64,000 nucleotides of DNA, from positions 640,001 to 704,000 of the forward strand of contig OZ242180.1 in the NCBI GenBank assembly GCA_965205485.1. The letters are read 5' to 3'. Both the position numbers and the translations under genes were made by a program. A model generated the notes under the pieces. That model was not told the DNA's origin. It saw only the letters and a list, made by a program, of their open reading frames with translations, and did not search any database. This DNA is from Candidatus Latescibacterota bacterium. GTDB taxonomy: Bacteria; Latescibacterota; UBA2968; GCA-2709665. This document shows positions 48,845 to 58,029 of this stretch, in pieces; position 1 is the first letter of the stretch; each line of letters opens with the position of its first letter.

Positions 48845-49207
48845 GGACAATGACGATTCCTGCCGGAAGGAGCGATCCTGTGTTCGTACGGAGTCCGATG
48901 CAGGTTCGTTCGGGTACGGACCGGAACTCACGTGTGAGAACATAAACCTAGGTTTCCACGGGAGTAAAGTCAACTCCTTTGGCTACGGAGGAGTACGCAC
49001 TCGAATTTTCAGTTGTGTAAGAAGAACTTACATTCTATATTGTTTTCCAGCGTACATAAATTTAGTGCTTTTAATAACTGTGTGCGCATATTTAAAATAT
49101 ACGCTTATGGAATTCCGTTCGCGGATTTTCCCGCCTTGACCGCCACTTTTTCGCTCGCGCTCGGGAACTCACCGGTAATTTAAAACAGCTTCATAGAGGG
49201 AGCGGCG

Positions 49208-50239
49208 ATGGAGATGTCGAAGTCTAGCATTGATCCAATAGAGACCGAAACGGCGCTTGTCGATCGGATGACCGAGCCGGTTCCCGAGGTGAGGGATGCC
49301 GTATCCAGAATCAACGGCGAGGTCATGATTCTCGGCATCGCCGGCAAAATGGGGTTGACGCTGGGCGAACTTCTGGTGCGTTCCGGCGCCAGCGGCGTGA
49401 TCGGGGTCTCCCGGTTCTCCAGTCCCGGTGACCGGGAATACCTCGAGGCGAGGGGCGTACGGACGGTACGGTGCGACCTGATCGACGACGATTCGCTCCG
49501 CGCACTTCCCGAGGTTGGCCACGTAATCCTGCTTGCCGGGCACAAGTTCGGCTCGACAGGAAATGAACCCCTGACATGGGCAATGAACGCGCTGCTTCCC
49601 GGCAAGGTGATGCAGCGGTTCCGGGATTCACGAATCGTCTATGTTTCTTCGGGAAACGTCTACCGGTTTGTGTCTCCGGATTCCGGCGGTTCGGTGGAGT
49701 CGTCGCCTCTGGGCCCGGTCGGTGAATACGCGCAGTCCCGTCTTGGAGGGGAGCGGCTGGCGGCCTACTACGCGGAACGGAACGGTACTCCCCTCGCGAT
49801 TGTGCGGTTGTTCTACGCAACGGAGTTGCGCTACGGGGTATTTCTGGATATCGCGCAGATGGTCTGGACGGGACAACCGATCGATCTGAGCATGGGATAT
49901 GTTAACCAGATCTGGCAGGGAGACGCGAACGCCTATCTTGCGCGGAGCTTTCCGCTCTGTGAGAGCCCCGCGCGGATCCTCAACATGACAGGGTCCGAAC
50001 AGCTTGAGATCCGCGACGTCGCGTTGAAGCTGGGCGCGCTGATGGGGCGGACACCTGTCTTTGAGGGCGAAGAGAGCCGCACTGCCCTGCTGGGCAATGC
50101 GAACGCGCTGTTCAGCCTCCTGGGACCGCCCCGGGTCTCGTCCGGAGAGATGATGGAATGGGTGGCGGCCTGGGTGATGAACGGGGGTCCGACGCTGGGC
50201 AAGCCCACCAAGTACGAATCCCGGAACGGGCAGTTCTAG
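49208..50239 (+). CDS. NAD-dependent epimerase/dehydratase
   Basis: LGIAGKMG, SSGNVY, EYAQSRLGGE, VNQIWQGDAN. Confidence 0.8.
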   Translation: MEMSKSSIDPIETETALVDRMTEPVPEVRDAVSRINGEVMILGIAGKMGLTLGELLVRSGASGVIGVSRFSSPGDREYLEARGVRTVRCDLIDDDSLRALPEVGHVILLAGHKFGSTGNEPLTWAMNALLPGKVMQRFRDSRIVYVSSGNVYRFVSPDSGGSVESSPLGPVGEYAQSRLGGERLAAYYAERNGTPLAIVRLFYATELRYGVFLDIAQMVWTGQPIDLSMGYVNQIWQGDANAYLARSFPLCESPARILNMTGSEQLEIRDVALKLGALMGRTPVFEGEESRTALLGNANALFSLLGPPRVSSGEMMEWVAAWVMNGGPTLGKPTKYESRNGQF

Positions 50240-50290
50240 TGTACGGCCCTGGATAAACGGTCTGCAGGAGCGGGTTGGGAGATTCCGGTA

Positions 50291-51607
50291 ATGGGCGAAC
50301 TGAAAGCCGGCGTTGCCGAGGTCACGATCACCCCGCCCATCGGTATTTCCCTCTGCGGGTTCGGAAACCGGAAGGGGCCGGCCGATACGGTTCACGACGA
50401 TCTGTTCGCTCGCGCGCTGGTATTGGACGACGGTCGGACACGGCTGGCGATCGTTACATCGGACCTCATCTCCTTCGCGACCGACCTGGTTCATCGGCTA
50501 CGGGACCTGGTCGAACGCGCTTCGGGCGTGCCGGGCGAGGGTCTGCTGCTGAACGGATCGCACTCTCATTCCGGACCCACGGTGATGTCGTTTCGCAGCA
50601 TGGGATCGCGCGACGCAGCGTACGAAAACGTGCTGTGCCGGCAGGTCGCGGGCGCCGTCCGGATGGCGGCGGACCGTCTGGAGCCCGTTTCGCTCGGGGT
50701 CGGCCGGGCACCCGTCAGGATCGCCATTAACCGACGCGCCCGCCGTAACGGAAGAATGACGATCGGCCATAACCCTGAAGGCGCCGAAGCCCCCTGGGTC
50801 GACGTGCTTCGCATCGACGCCCGGTCCGGTTCACCGCTCGGGCTCCTGTATATGACGGCGGCCCATCCTGTCAACCTTCGGGGCCTGGCGTTCAGCGCGG
50901 AATTTCCCGGATACGCGGCTCGGACGATTCGGCGGGAACTCGACGGCGCGCTTCCGATGTTCGCGCAGGGCTGTTGCGGCGACATCAACTGTACGCCGAT
51001 GGACGGTACATTGCGGACAACCATGCGGCAAGGCGACCTGCTGGGAGGGGCTGCCGTGAACGCCGCCCGTCACGCGGAGCCGTTGGAATCGAACGTCCTG
51101 GGGGTGGCGCGCCAGGTGATTTATCTTCCCACGAGAATCCCTTCGGTGGATGAGGCGGAACGTGCCCTCGAGGATCAGAAGACACGTGTGCAGGAAACGG
51201 AGCAGGACCCCGAAGCAACCGACTATCTCATCCGCCAGTACCGAGGACAGATCGAGTGGGCTGAAGATTATCTGCGCGCGGCGCGAAACCGCCGACCCCG
51301 GCCGGAAGCGTTCGAGATCCAGGCGATGAGAATCGGAGAGGCGGCGATTGTGGCGTACCCGGGCGAAATGTTCGTGGACTATCAACTCGAAATGGACCGG
51401 GCGTCGCCATTCAAAAAGACATTCACCCTCGCGTACAGCAACGGATGCATCGGATATGTGCCAACGGCGAAGGCATTTCCTGAGGGGGGTTACGAAGTTG
51501 ACCACGCTTTCCGATATTATGGTACGTTAATGATTACTTCGGCCTGTGAACGGATGATTAAATCCGCGACCGTCGAAATGTTGAACGGATTGAAATGCAA
51601 CAACTGA
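50291..51607 (+). CDS. Neutral/alkaline ceramidase-like amidohydrolase
   Basis: AGVAEVTITP, HDDLFARAL, SHSHSGP, AAHP, QGCCGDIN, YSNG..GYVP....EGGYE. Confidence 0.8.
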   Translation: MGELKAGVAEVTITPPIGISLCGFGNRKGPADTVHDDLFARALVLDDGRTRLAIVTSDLISFATDLVHRLRDLVERASGVPGEGLLLNGSHSHSGPTVMSFRSMGSRDAAYENVLCRQVAGAVRMAADRLEPVSLGVGRAPVRIAINRRARRNGRMTIGHNPEGAEAPWVDVLRIDARSGSPLGLLYMTAAHPVNLRGLAFSAEFPGYAARTIRRELDGALPMFAQGCCGDINCTPMDGTLRTTMRQGDLLGGAAVNAARHAEPLESNVLGVARQVIYLPTRIPSVDEAERALEDQKTRVQETEQDPEATDYLIRQYRGQIEWAEDYLRAARNRRPRPEAFEIQAMRIGEAAIVAYPGEMFVDYQLEMDRASPFKKTFTLAYSNGCIGYVPTAKAFPEGGYEVDHAFRYYGTLMITSACERMIKSATVEMLNGLKCNN

Positions 51608-52587
51608 CTCGGGCCACGTTTATGCGTCTACTGCTTCTGTGCGGGTTGGTGTGCATCTGGGCGACACCATGCGAAGGCGGAAGCATAAAAAAAGAGTCAT
51701 TCGCAGAAGGGACGAATTCCGCGGAGGCGGCGTTTGCGAGGTATCGCCCGAGACGGATCGGGCTCATGGTTCTGGCGTCGGACCGGGACCCTGATCCCGG
51801 GCTCCAATACGCCGGCCGGGTTGTACTGGGATACACGCGCCAGTTGCAGGGGGACCCGTTTCGGATGCCGCGCAGGTACGAACTCCGCTTGTACGAAGCC
51901 ATCCGTTCGGCGCTGCAGGCCAGGGGATACGTGGTCCGGCACCTGGGCAACTGGAGTGGATTGCGTCTGGGAGAGGTGATCGAGCGAGCAACCGACGTGG
52001 ATGTGGTGTGCGCGGCGCATTACTATATAAAGCGTAACCACAGGATCGGCGAATTCGACGGCTTCAGCTGGTCGTCTCCCTTCGAGGGAATGCATCTGAA
52101 TGTCCGTGCGGTGTTCTATCACGTCGGGAGCACGAAATCGATATACAGTTTGGAGGCCGACGCGCTTGGGACCGAGGAACTATATGCCAATGTGGGTGAG
52201 ATCGTGGCCGAGGAACCGCTCTATCCGGACGGTTACGACGAGCACGGGAGTCCCAATTCGTACAAGATCGCAGTATATCAGACCTCGCTGCGGGACTTGA
52301 AGCTTGCAGAACATCCAGTCCCGATAATACGCACGGCGGAAGGCTCCCTCGACATAACGTACGACGGGGGGTGGCTCCGTAAGGGAAGAGTGCGATTGAA
52401 AAACGTGATGGGACGTCTCAATATTCCCATCCCGGAGGATCTCGCCAGACAGAACAGCGTACTCGCACGGATGCTTGAATACGTTTCATTCCGCCCCAGG
52501 GACGATGATCGGGAATATTTCGATCTGCTGGGCGTCGCGCAGATGGGCCGTTTGGTTCAACGAAGAATCCCGCAACGTAGTCCATAG
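51595..52587 (+). CDS. Secreted hypothetical protein
   Basis: Hydrophobic N-terminus (MRLLLLCGLVCIWATPCEG); overlaps the upstream gene; start may be 51622. Confidence 0.6.
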   Translation: MQQLTRATFMRLLLLCGLVCIWATPCEGGSIKKESFAEGTNSAEAAFARYRPRRIGLMVLASDRDPDPGLQYAGRVVLGYTRQLQGDPFRMPRRYELRLYEAIRSALQARGYVVRHLGNWSGLRLGEVIERATDVDVVCAAHYYIKRNHRIGEFDGFSWSSPFEGMHLNVRAVFYHVGSTKSIYSLEADALGTEELYANVGEIVAEEPLYPDGYDEHGSPNSYKIAVYQTSLRDLKLAEHPVPIIRTAEGSLDITYDGGWLRKGRVRLKNVMGRLNIPIPEDLARQNSVLARMLEYVSFRPRDDDREYFDLLGVAQMGRLVQRRIPQRSP

Positions 52588-52691
52588 CAGGATCCGTGGA
52601 ACAGGTTTGCTTCGCCCGGCGTCAGAATAACGCGCTCACGGGTGTACGTCCGGCCGTCTGAGGCTAATTCCAACGAACAGGATACGGTTAT

Positions 52692-53687
52692 ATGGATAAA
52701 TTCAAACTGAAAGAGTTGGAACTGGCGCCGGACATAACCGGAATTAAGCTGGACACCGATTTTTTCTCGATGGTTGTCGCGCCGGAATTGGGCGGAAAGA
52801 TAACTTCCCTTGTCAATAAGGCGACAGGGCGAGAGTTTCTTTCGCGCACCAATATACCCTACCGCAGGCGCACCTACGCGGACCGTTTCGAGAATTACGA
52901 ACGGGACGGCGCGGACGAGTGTTTTCCCACTGTCGAAGACTGCCCCTATCCCGCCTTTCCGTGGGAAGGGGTGCCGGTTCCGGACCATGGAGAGGTCTGG
53001 ATGCTGCCCTGGCAGTACGACGTCAAGCAGGGACGCCTGCAGATGTGGGTAAGGGGCGTGCGGTTTCCATATGTGTTTCAACGTGACATCCGCTTCGAGA
53101 CGCTGGCGCGCGGAGAAAAGCCATATATCCGGTTTTCTTACACCGTTAGAAATGAAAGCCGGTTTGATTTGCCGTTTGTATATGCGTTCCACCCGCTGTT
53201 TAAAGTGGAAACCCGTGCGCGAATCCTGATGCCTTCCGGTACGGACGTGGTTTCCTACATGAGTACGGAAGACCGCCTGGGACCGCCAATGACACGACAT
53301 ACCTGGCCCAAAGTGACGGATGTGACGCTGGACAAGGACTATAACCGGTCCTCGATCCGGTCCAGCCGTACAAAAGAGGCGGAGAAGATTTACTCCACGC
53401 GCCTGGAGCAGGGCCGCTGCGCGCTGGTCTACCCGAACGGGGAGTTTGTCGGCTTTCTGTTTCCGGCGAAAAAACTCCCCCATCTGGGCTTGTGGATCAA
53501 CGAGGGTGGATGGAATAACCTCCACCACGCGGCGCTGGAGCCGTCCACGTCGCAGGTCGACCGCCTGGATACCGCGTGGGGACTCAAGGCGTGCGGGGTC
53601 GTGCCGGCCAATGGCCAGTACGAATGGGATATCAGCCTGATTCTGGGCGAAGGCGAAGAGCGCCAGGAATTGCTCGGGGAATTTTGA
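52692..53687 (+). CDS. Galactose mutarotase-like (aldose 1-epimerase superfamily) protein
   Basis: PELGGKITSL, GADECFP, PDHGEVW, AFHPLF, LGLWINEGGW, ALEP. Confidence 0.75.
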   Translation: MDKFKLKELELAPDITGIKLDTDFFSMVVAPELGGKITSLVNKATGREFLSRTNIPYRRRTYADRFENYERDGADECFPTVEDCPYPAFPWEGVPVPDHGEVWMLPWQYDVKQGRLQMWVRGVRFPYVFQRDIRFETLARGEKPYIRFSYTVRNESRFDLPFVYAFHPLFKVETRARILMPSGTDVVSYMSTEDRLGPPMTRHTWPKVTDVTLDKDYNRSSIRSSRTKEAEKIYSTRLEQGRCALVYPNGEFVGFLFPAKKLPHLGLWINEGGWNNLHHAALEPSTSQVDRLDTAWGLKACGVVPANGQYEWDISLILGEGEERQELLGEF

Positions 53688-53688
53688 G

Positions 53689-55065
53689 GTGCAACGTCTA
53701 TGGATCGCGGTTCTGGTTGCTTTCACTCCGGCGGCGGCGCCCGCCCAATCCACCGGAGATGAAATGGTCCTGGTACAGTCCGGCCAGGAACGGTTCTACA
53801 TGAGCAGGCATGAAGTGACGGTCGAGCAGTTCAAAGTGTTCGATCCGGACTATCATCCGGCGTACACGTATTTCGATGATGCCAATATGCCGGCCACCGC
53901 GATCACGTTCACGCAGGCGAAGGCGTACTGCGAAGCGCAGGATAAGCGCCTGCCAACGTCCGACGAATGGGTCGTTGCGTGCGGCGGTCTGGAGGGAACG
54001 GCCTACGCCTATGGAAACAACTACGACCCGAACCACGCGCGGGTGGGACGAAGGAACTGGACCGACGGGCCCAGGGCGGTGATGAGCTACGGGAAGAACA
54101 AGGCGGGACTGTACGACATGTCCGGAAACGTGTGGGAGTGGGTTGAAGACGGCGGCGGAGAAGGCGGGATGCAAAAGGTGTACGGCGGATCCTGGACGGA
54201 TGGACCCAGGTTGACACGGTGCGGTTCGGCGAGGCGGGCGAAAGTCGATCTGAAATCGCTGAACTATGGTTTCCGGTGCGCCCGCTCTCTGACGGAGGCA
54301 GACCGGAACCGCCTGGCCAGGGCGGAGGCGGAGGCGCGACGGAGAATTCAGGCGCGTGTCCGCAGGGAAGCCGCCCGCCGCAAGGCCGCGATCAAGGCCG
54401 CAGAGGCGGCCCGAAAGGCGAAGATCGACGCACAGGCGAAGACGGCCACGGAAGCCGAACTTGCCGAAGAACAGGCTCAGGCGGCAGAGGCGGAGCGAAG
54501 AGCCGCGGCTTTTGCCAAAAAGGTCGAAGGCATGCTGAAGGTTGAGACCTCCGCTTTCCAGACCTTTTACATCGATCCTCACGAAGTCAGCGTTGAGGCA
54601 TATCGGGCGTTTAATTCCACTTACAGGCCGGACGAATTCTCTAACGGTCCACGAATGCCGGCCACCGGAATAAACCACGAACAGGCGCGCGAATACTGCG
54701 GTTCCCTCGGCAAGAGGCTGCCTACATCCGAGGAATGGGTTGCGGCGTGCCTGGGTGAAACGGGCAATATCTATTCGTACGGGAAGCGCTACGATCCCGC
54801 AAGGGCCCGGACCGGCCTGGCGTGGAATGCCGGTGCCGGCGAAGTGGCCAGGGGAGACCCCAACGTCTATGGCGCTACGGATATGGTGGGCAACGTCTGG
54901 GAATGGGTGGACGGTTGGTATGGAAACAACAGGGAACTCCGTGCGATATACGGGGGCTCATGGCTTGACGACGAAAAGCGAGCAAAATGCACTGGCGCAG
55001 GTTGGGCGGAACCCGATGACAAACGGTCGGACGTTGGGTTTCGCTGTGCGGTGGGAGTCGAATAG
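53689..55065 (+). CDS. Secreted protein with two FGE/SUMF1-like domains joined by an Ala/Arg/Glu-rich coiled coil
   Basis: Two copies of HEV, RLPTSxEW, DMxGNVWEW, GGSW and GFRC. Confidence 0.85.
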   Translation: MQRLWIAVLVAFTPAAAPAQSTGDEMVLVQSGQERFYMSRHEVTVEQFKVFDPDYHPAYTYFDDANMPATAITFTQAKAYCEAQDKRLPTSDEWVVACGGLEGTAYAYGNNYDPNHARVGRRNWTDGPRAVMSYGKNKAGLYDMSGNVWEWVEDGGGEGGMQKVYGGSWTDGPRLTRCGSARRAKVDLKSLNYGFRCARSLTEADRNRLARAEAEARRRIQARVRREAARRKAAIKAAEAARKAKIDAQAKTATEAELAEEQAQAAEAERRAAAFAKKVEGMLKVETSAFQTFYIDPHEVSVEAYRAFNSTYRPDEFSNGPRMPATGINHEQAREYCGSLGKRLPTSEEWVAACLGETGNIYSYGKRYDPARARTGLAWNAGAGEVARGDPNVYGATDMVGNVWEWVDGWYGNNRELRAIYGGSWLDDEKRAKCTGAGWAEPDDKRSDVGFRCAVGVE

Positions 55066-55067
55066 GA

Positions 55068-56549
55068 ATGCGTAACTCAAGACGGAAGCGGCCGCCTGTA
55101 GTCTGGCGGACTGCCGGGTTCATTCTGATCTGCATCGGTGCCTGGAGTTGCGGTGTCAGCCGGCAGGAAGTCGAGCTGGCAGAAAGAGACGCGCTGAATA
55201 CCGTACTCAGTCTTGTTCACAACGGCGATCTGGATGTCGCCCTCGTTGCGGAGGGCGTATCGGTCCTCGGGAGTCTGGATGGCATTGATGTTCGATCCGC
55301 ATTCCTGACCCTTCTGGAACATCCGGATGAAATTGTCGTTTTGCGGGCGGTGGAAGCGCTTGGAAGACACGAAGGTCCCGGCGTCGTCGACGCGCTCAGA
55401 GGTGTGTTCGAGAAAACCGAAAACGCCCTGGTGAAAGTGGAGGTTGCGGCCGCGCTGGAACGTCTGAACGCCGAGTCAATGGCTCCCTGGCTGGCGGAAA
55501 CGCTCGGAAACGGCCAGATGGCCATGGTTCGATCCAGGGCCGCCGCCGCATTCGGTCAGCTGGAGAACCCGACGGCCGTCCCGGCGCTCAGACGCGCGTT
55601 TGGAGAAGATCCGGATCCGGTTGTCCGATCTTCCGCGGCATTGGCGCTGGCCAGGCTGGAGGATCTGCAGAGTCTGCCTGTCATCGCCGATACCCTGCTG
55701 GAAACCCGTCAGCTTTCCACCTCGCTGGTCATGGTGGAGGCTCTGGAGGAATTCGGAACCGCCGAGGCGATCGAACATCTTGAGACTGTAGCGAAACAGA
55801 CGTCGTGGCAACATTCCCTGCGAATCCGTTGCCTGGAAGCACTGGGAGGACTGTCCGAGAGGACGATTGGCGTCTACCTCAAGGAACAGCTGCTGGAAGA
55901 AGGACACCCAATGAACCGGTTGCTGGCTGTGGACGGGTTGGGGTGGATTCAGGACTCAACGGCGGTGGAACTCCTGCGGTCGGCCTTTTTCGGCCCTGAA
56001 AACCAGCCGCTACGGCTCAGCGCGGCATGGTCGCTGGCCCGGCTTGGCCACGGGTTCGAAATTTCGGAGGAACTGGAAGACGACCTGAAGAGCAAGCACA
56101 TTCCGTTTCGAAGGCGCGCCGCGGAGATCTTGGGTATCATTGCAGATGAACGACGGATCCCGGCATTGAGGAACGCGTTTTCGGAAAACAGGGGATTCTC
56201 GGTTCGTCTGGCGGTTGTGCAGGCCCTGGGCAAAATCCATAGCGCCGGGTCGGTCGAGGCGCTGGGGTGGGCGTTTCATCAGGACGGGTCGCTGGAAATC
56301 AGGGAGTCCATAATTGACGCGCTTGGACAGATTACCCTGACAGAGGCGAATGAAGCGCTGAACGAAATCCTTTCGGAGAACGAAGAAGCGGTTCTACAGG
56401 CGGCGGCTTTGAGAGGATTGGCGCGGTCCGGCGACATCAATCAGTTGAAGACGCTTCGCACTTACATTAAGAACGCCGAACCGGGCTTGCGCCTGGAAGC
56501 CGCCAGAGGAATCTTGGAGCTCGCCCGCGGGGAGATTCAGCAGGGCTGA
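55068..56549 (+). CDS. HEAT-repeat (lipo)protein
   Basis: AWSC lipobox-like site; many VR..AA.ALG repeats. Confidence 0.8.
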   Translation: MRNSRRKRPPVVWRTAGFILICIGAWSCGVSRQEVELAERDALNTVLSLVHNGDLDVALVAEGVSVLGSLDGIDVRSAFLTLLEHPDEIVVLRAVEALGRHEGPGVVDALRGVFEKTENALVKVEVAAALERLNAESMAPWLAETLGNGQMAMVRSRAAAAFGQLENPTAVPALRRAFGEDPDPVVRSSAALALARLEDLQSLPVIADTLLETRQLSTSLVMVEALEEFGTAEAIEHLETVAKQTSWQHSLRIRCLEALGGLSERTIGVYLKEQLLEEGHPMNRLLAVDGLGWIQDSTAVELLRSAFFGPENQPLRLSAAWSLARLGHGFEISEELEDDLKSKHIPFRRRAAEILGIIADERRIPALRNAFSENRGFSVRLAVVQALGKIHSAGSVEALGWAFHQDGSLEIRESIIDALGQITLTEANEALNEILSENEEAVLQAAALRGLARSGDINQLKTLRTYIKNAEPGLRLEAARGILELARGEIQQG

Positions 56550-56585
56550 CGCGGGAGTCTTTTCATCCGGTTATTCTGCGGAATT

Positions 56586-56661
56586 CTAGTGTTCTGTCCC
56601 AGAAATAAGTTGCCTAAATTCGGCCGCCGAATGGTGAGGAATTTTTGGGACAGGACACCAG
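56586..56661. mobile_element. 76-bp IS630-type miniature remnant
   Basis: CTAGTGTTCTGTCCCAGAAAT...ATTTTTGGGACAGGACACCAG, 18/21 inverted match with CTAG/CCAG ends. Confidence 0.6.
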
Positions 56662-56674
56662 TTGCGAAGGACAG

Positions 56675-57865
56675 ATGAATATACGTTCCAATATACCTGT
56701 CTGGTTGTTTGTGGTCTGTTTCCTGTTATCGACCGCATCGGCGCAGACAACGACCGATATCGATTTCGACGGCAACCATGTGATCGATTTTGGGGATTTC
56801 GTCCTCCTCGCGCAGGCATTCGGGACCGGGGACGCGCGGTTTGACCTCAACGGCGACGGTGCCGTCGATCTTCAGGATTTCCTGATCTTCGCGCGCCTGT
56901 ACGACAAAGCCCAACACACGGTGATGCATTCTCATGTCGACGAAGAGCTCGCTGTCGGTTCGGTCGATGTCTATGACGTGCCGACCCAGGGAAGCCAGCC
57001 TCAGGATATCGTGGTCGACGTCCTTGGCCGCGTCTGGTTTACGCAGCCGGGCGCAAACCAGATCGGACGTTTCGATCCCTCAACCGAGACATTTGTCGAA
57101 TTTCCATTGCCGACCCCTGGCGGTCGGCCGGCCCGGCTTGCCGTTGACGGCCGCGGTATTGTCTGGTTTACGGATATTGTCGCGAACGCGGTCGGCCGGC
57201 TCGACCCGATTTCTGAAGAAATCCGGACGTATCCCGTTCCCACCCCGGGAAGCCGGCCCAGCGGCCTGGTTTTCGATCGCAAGGGTTACCTCTGGTTCAT
57301 GCAGGAATCCGGCAACCAGATCGGCCGTCTCGATCCTGATCGCGGCACGTTCGAAGAGTATCCTGTGTTCACGCCTTCGGCTGGTCTGGACGAGATACAG
57401 ATCGACAGTGAAGGCATATTGGTGTTTTCGGAGCGAGCCGTCGGAAAATTCGGCCGGATGAATCCGGAGACGAAAGAGATTGCCGAGATCGAAATACCCG
57501 TCCAGGATCTGACCATCAGACAGTTCGTGTTGGACGCGGGAGATCAGATCTGGTTTGCCGCGAATTCTTTCCAACTGCACATGTGGGACCTGCTTGCCAC
57601 GGGTAACTTCGCAAGTTATATCCTGCCTGAAGATGGGCCCGATCCATCCTCGCTGGCTGTGGACCTTAACGGACGTATCTGGTACGCGGCCGATCAGTCC
57701 AGGTATTCCGCCAGGTTCGATCCGGAGGCTACCAGCATCAGGATACTCGAACTGCCGAATTCGGTTTCAGGAGTGGGAAGGCTGACAGTGGATCGGCTCG
57801 GAAAGATCTGGTTTACCGATCCTACCGGGAACCGGATCGGAAGCGTGGAGGACATCGGTCCCTGA
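56675..57865 (+). CDS. Secreted EF-hand/dockerin-like module fused to a Vgb-lyase-like beta-propeller
   Basis: Signal peptide; DFDGNHVIDFGDF and DLNGDGAVDLQDF; repeats such as GRVWFT...NQIGRFDP. Confidence 0.8.
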   Translation: MNIRSNIPVWLFVVCFLLSTASAQTTTDIDFDGNHVIDFGDFVLLAQAFGTGDARFDLNGDGAVDLQDFLIFARLYDKAQHTVMHSHVDEELAVGSVDVYDVPTQGSQPQDIVVDVLGRVWFTQPGANQIGRFDPSTETFVEFPLPTPGGRPARLAVDGRGIVWFTDIVANAVGRLDPISEEIRTYPVPTPGSRPSGLVFDRKGYLWFMQESGNQIGRLDPDRGTFEEYPVFTPSAGLDEIQIDSEGILVFSERAVGKFGRMNPETKEIAEIEIPVQDLTIRQFVLDAGDQIWFAANSFQLHMWDLLATGNFASYILPEDGPDPSSLAVDLNGRIWYAADQSRYSARFDPEATSIRILELPNSVSGVGRLTVDRLGKIWFTDPTGNRIGSVEDIGP

Positions 57866-57943
57866 GACGTCTCTCTCATTGCCCGACGTGTACGTCTCAA
57901 TCTCAGAGATTGCGGCGTTTTTTTGTGTAACGATAGAAAGAAA

Positions 57944-57972
57944 TTGACACGGCGGGGTGGCTTAGGTACCAT
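57944..57972 (+). promoter_or_regulatory. Putative sigma70 promoter of the ABC operon
   Basis: TTGACA-17 bp-TACCAT. Confidence 0.55.
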
Positions 57973-58029
57973 TCCGGCCGACGTTGCAGTTGTAGAGTCA
58001 AACCCCGAATAGAAGCGAATGGACCAGCC

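Noticed and set aside
53689..55065. Diversity-generating retroelement target (FGE/CLec C-termini)
   Set aside because: No reverse transcriptase and no template repeat differing at adenines was seen in the window.
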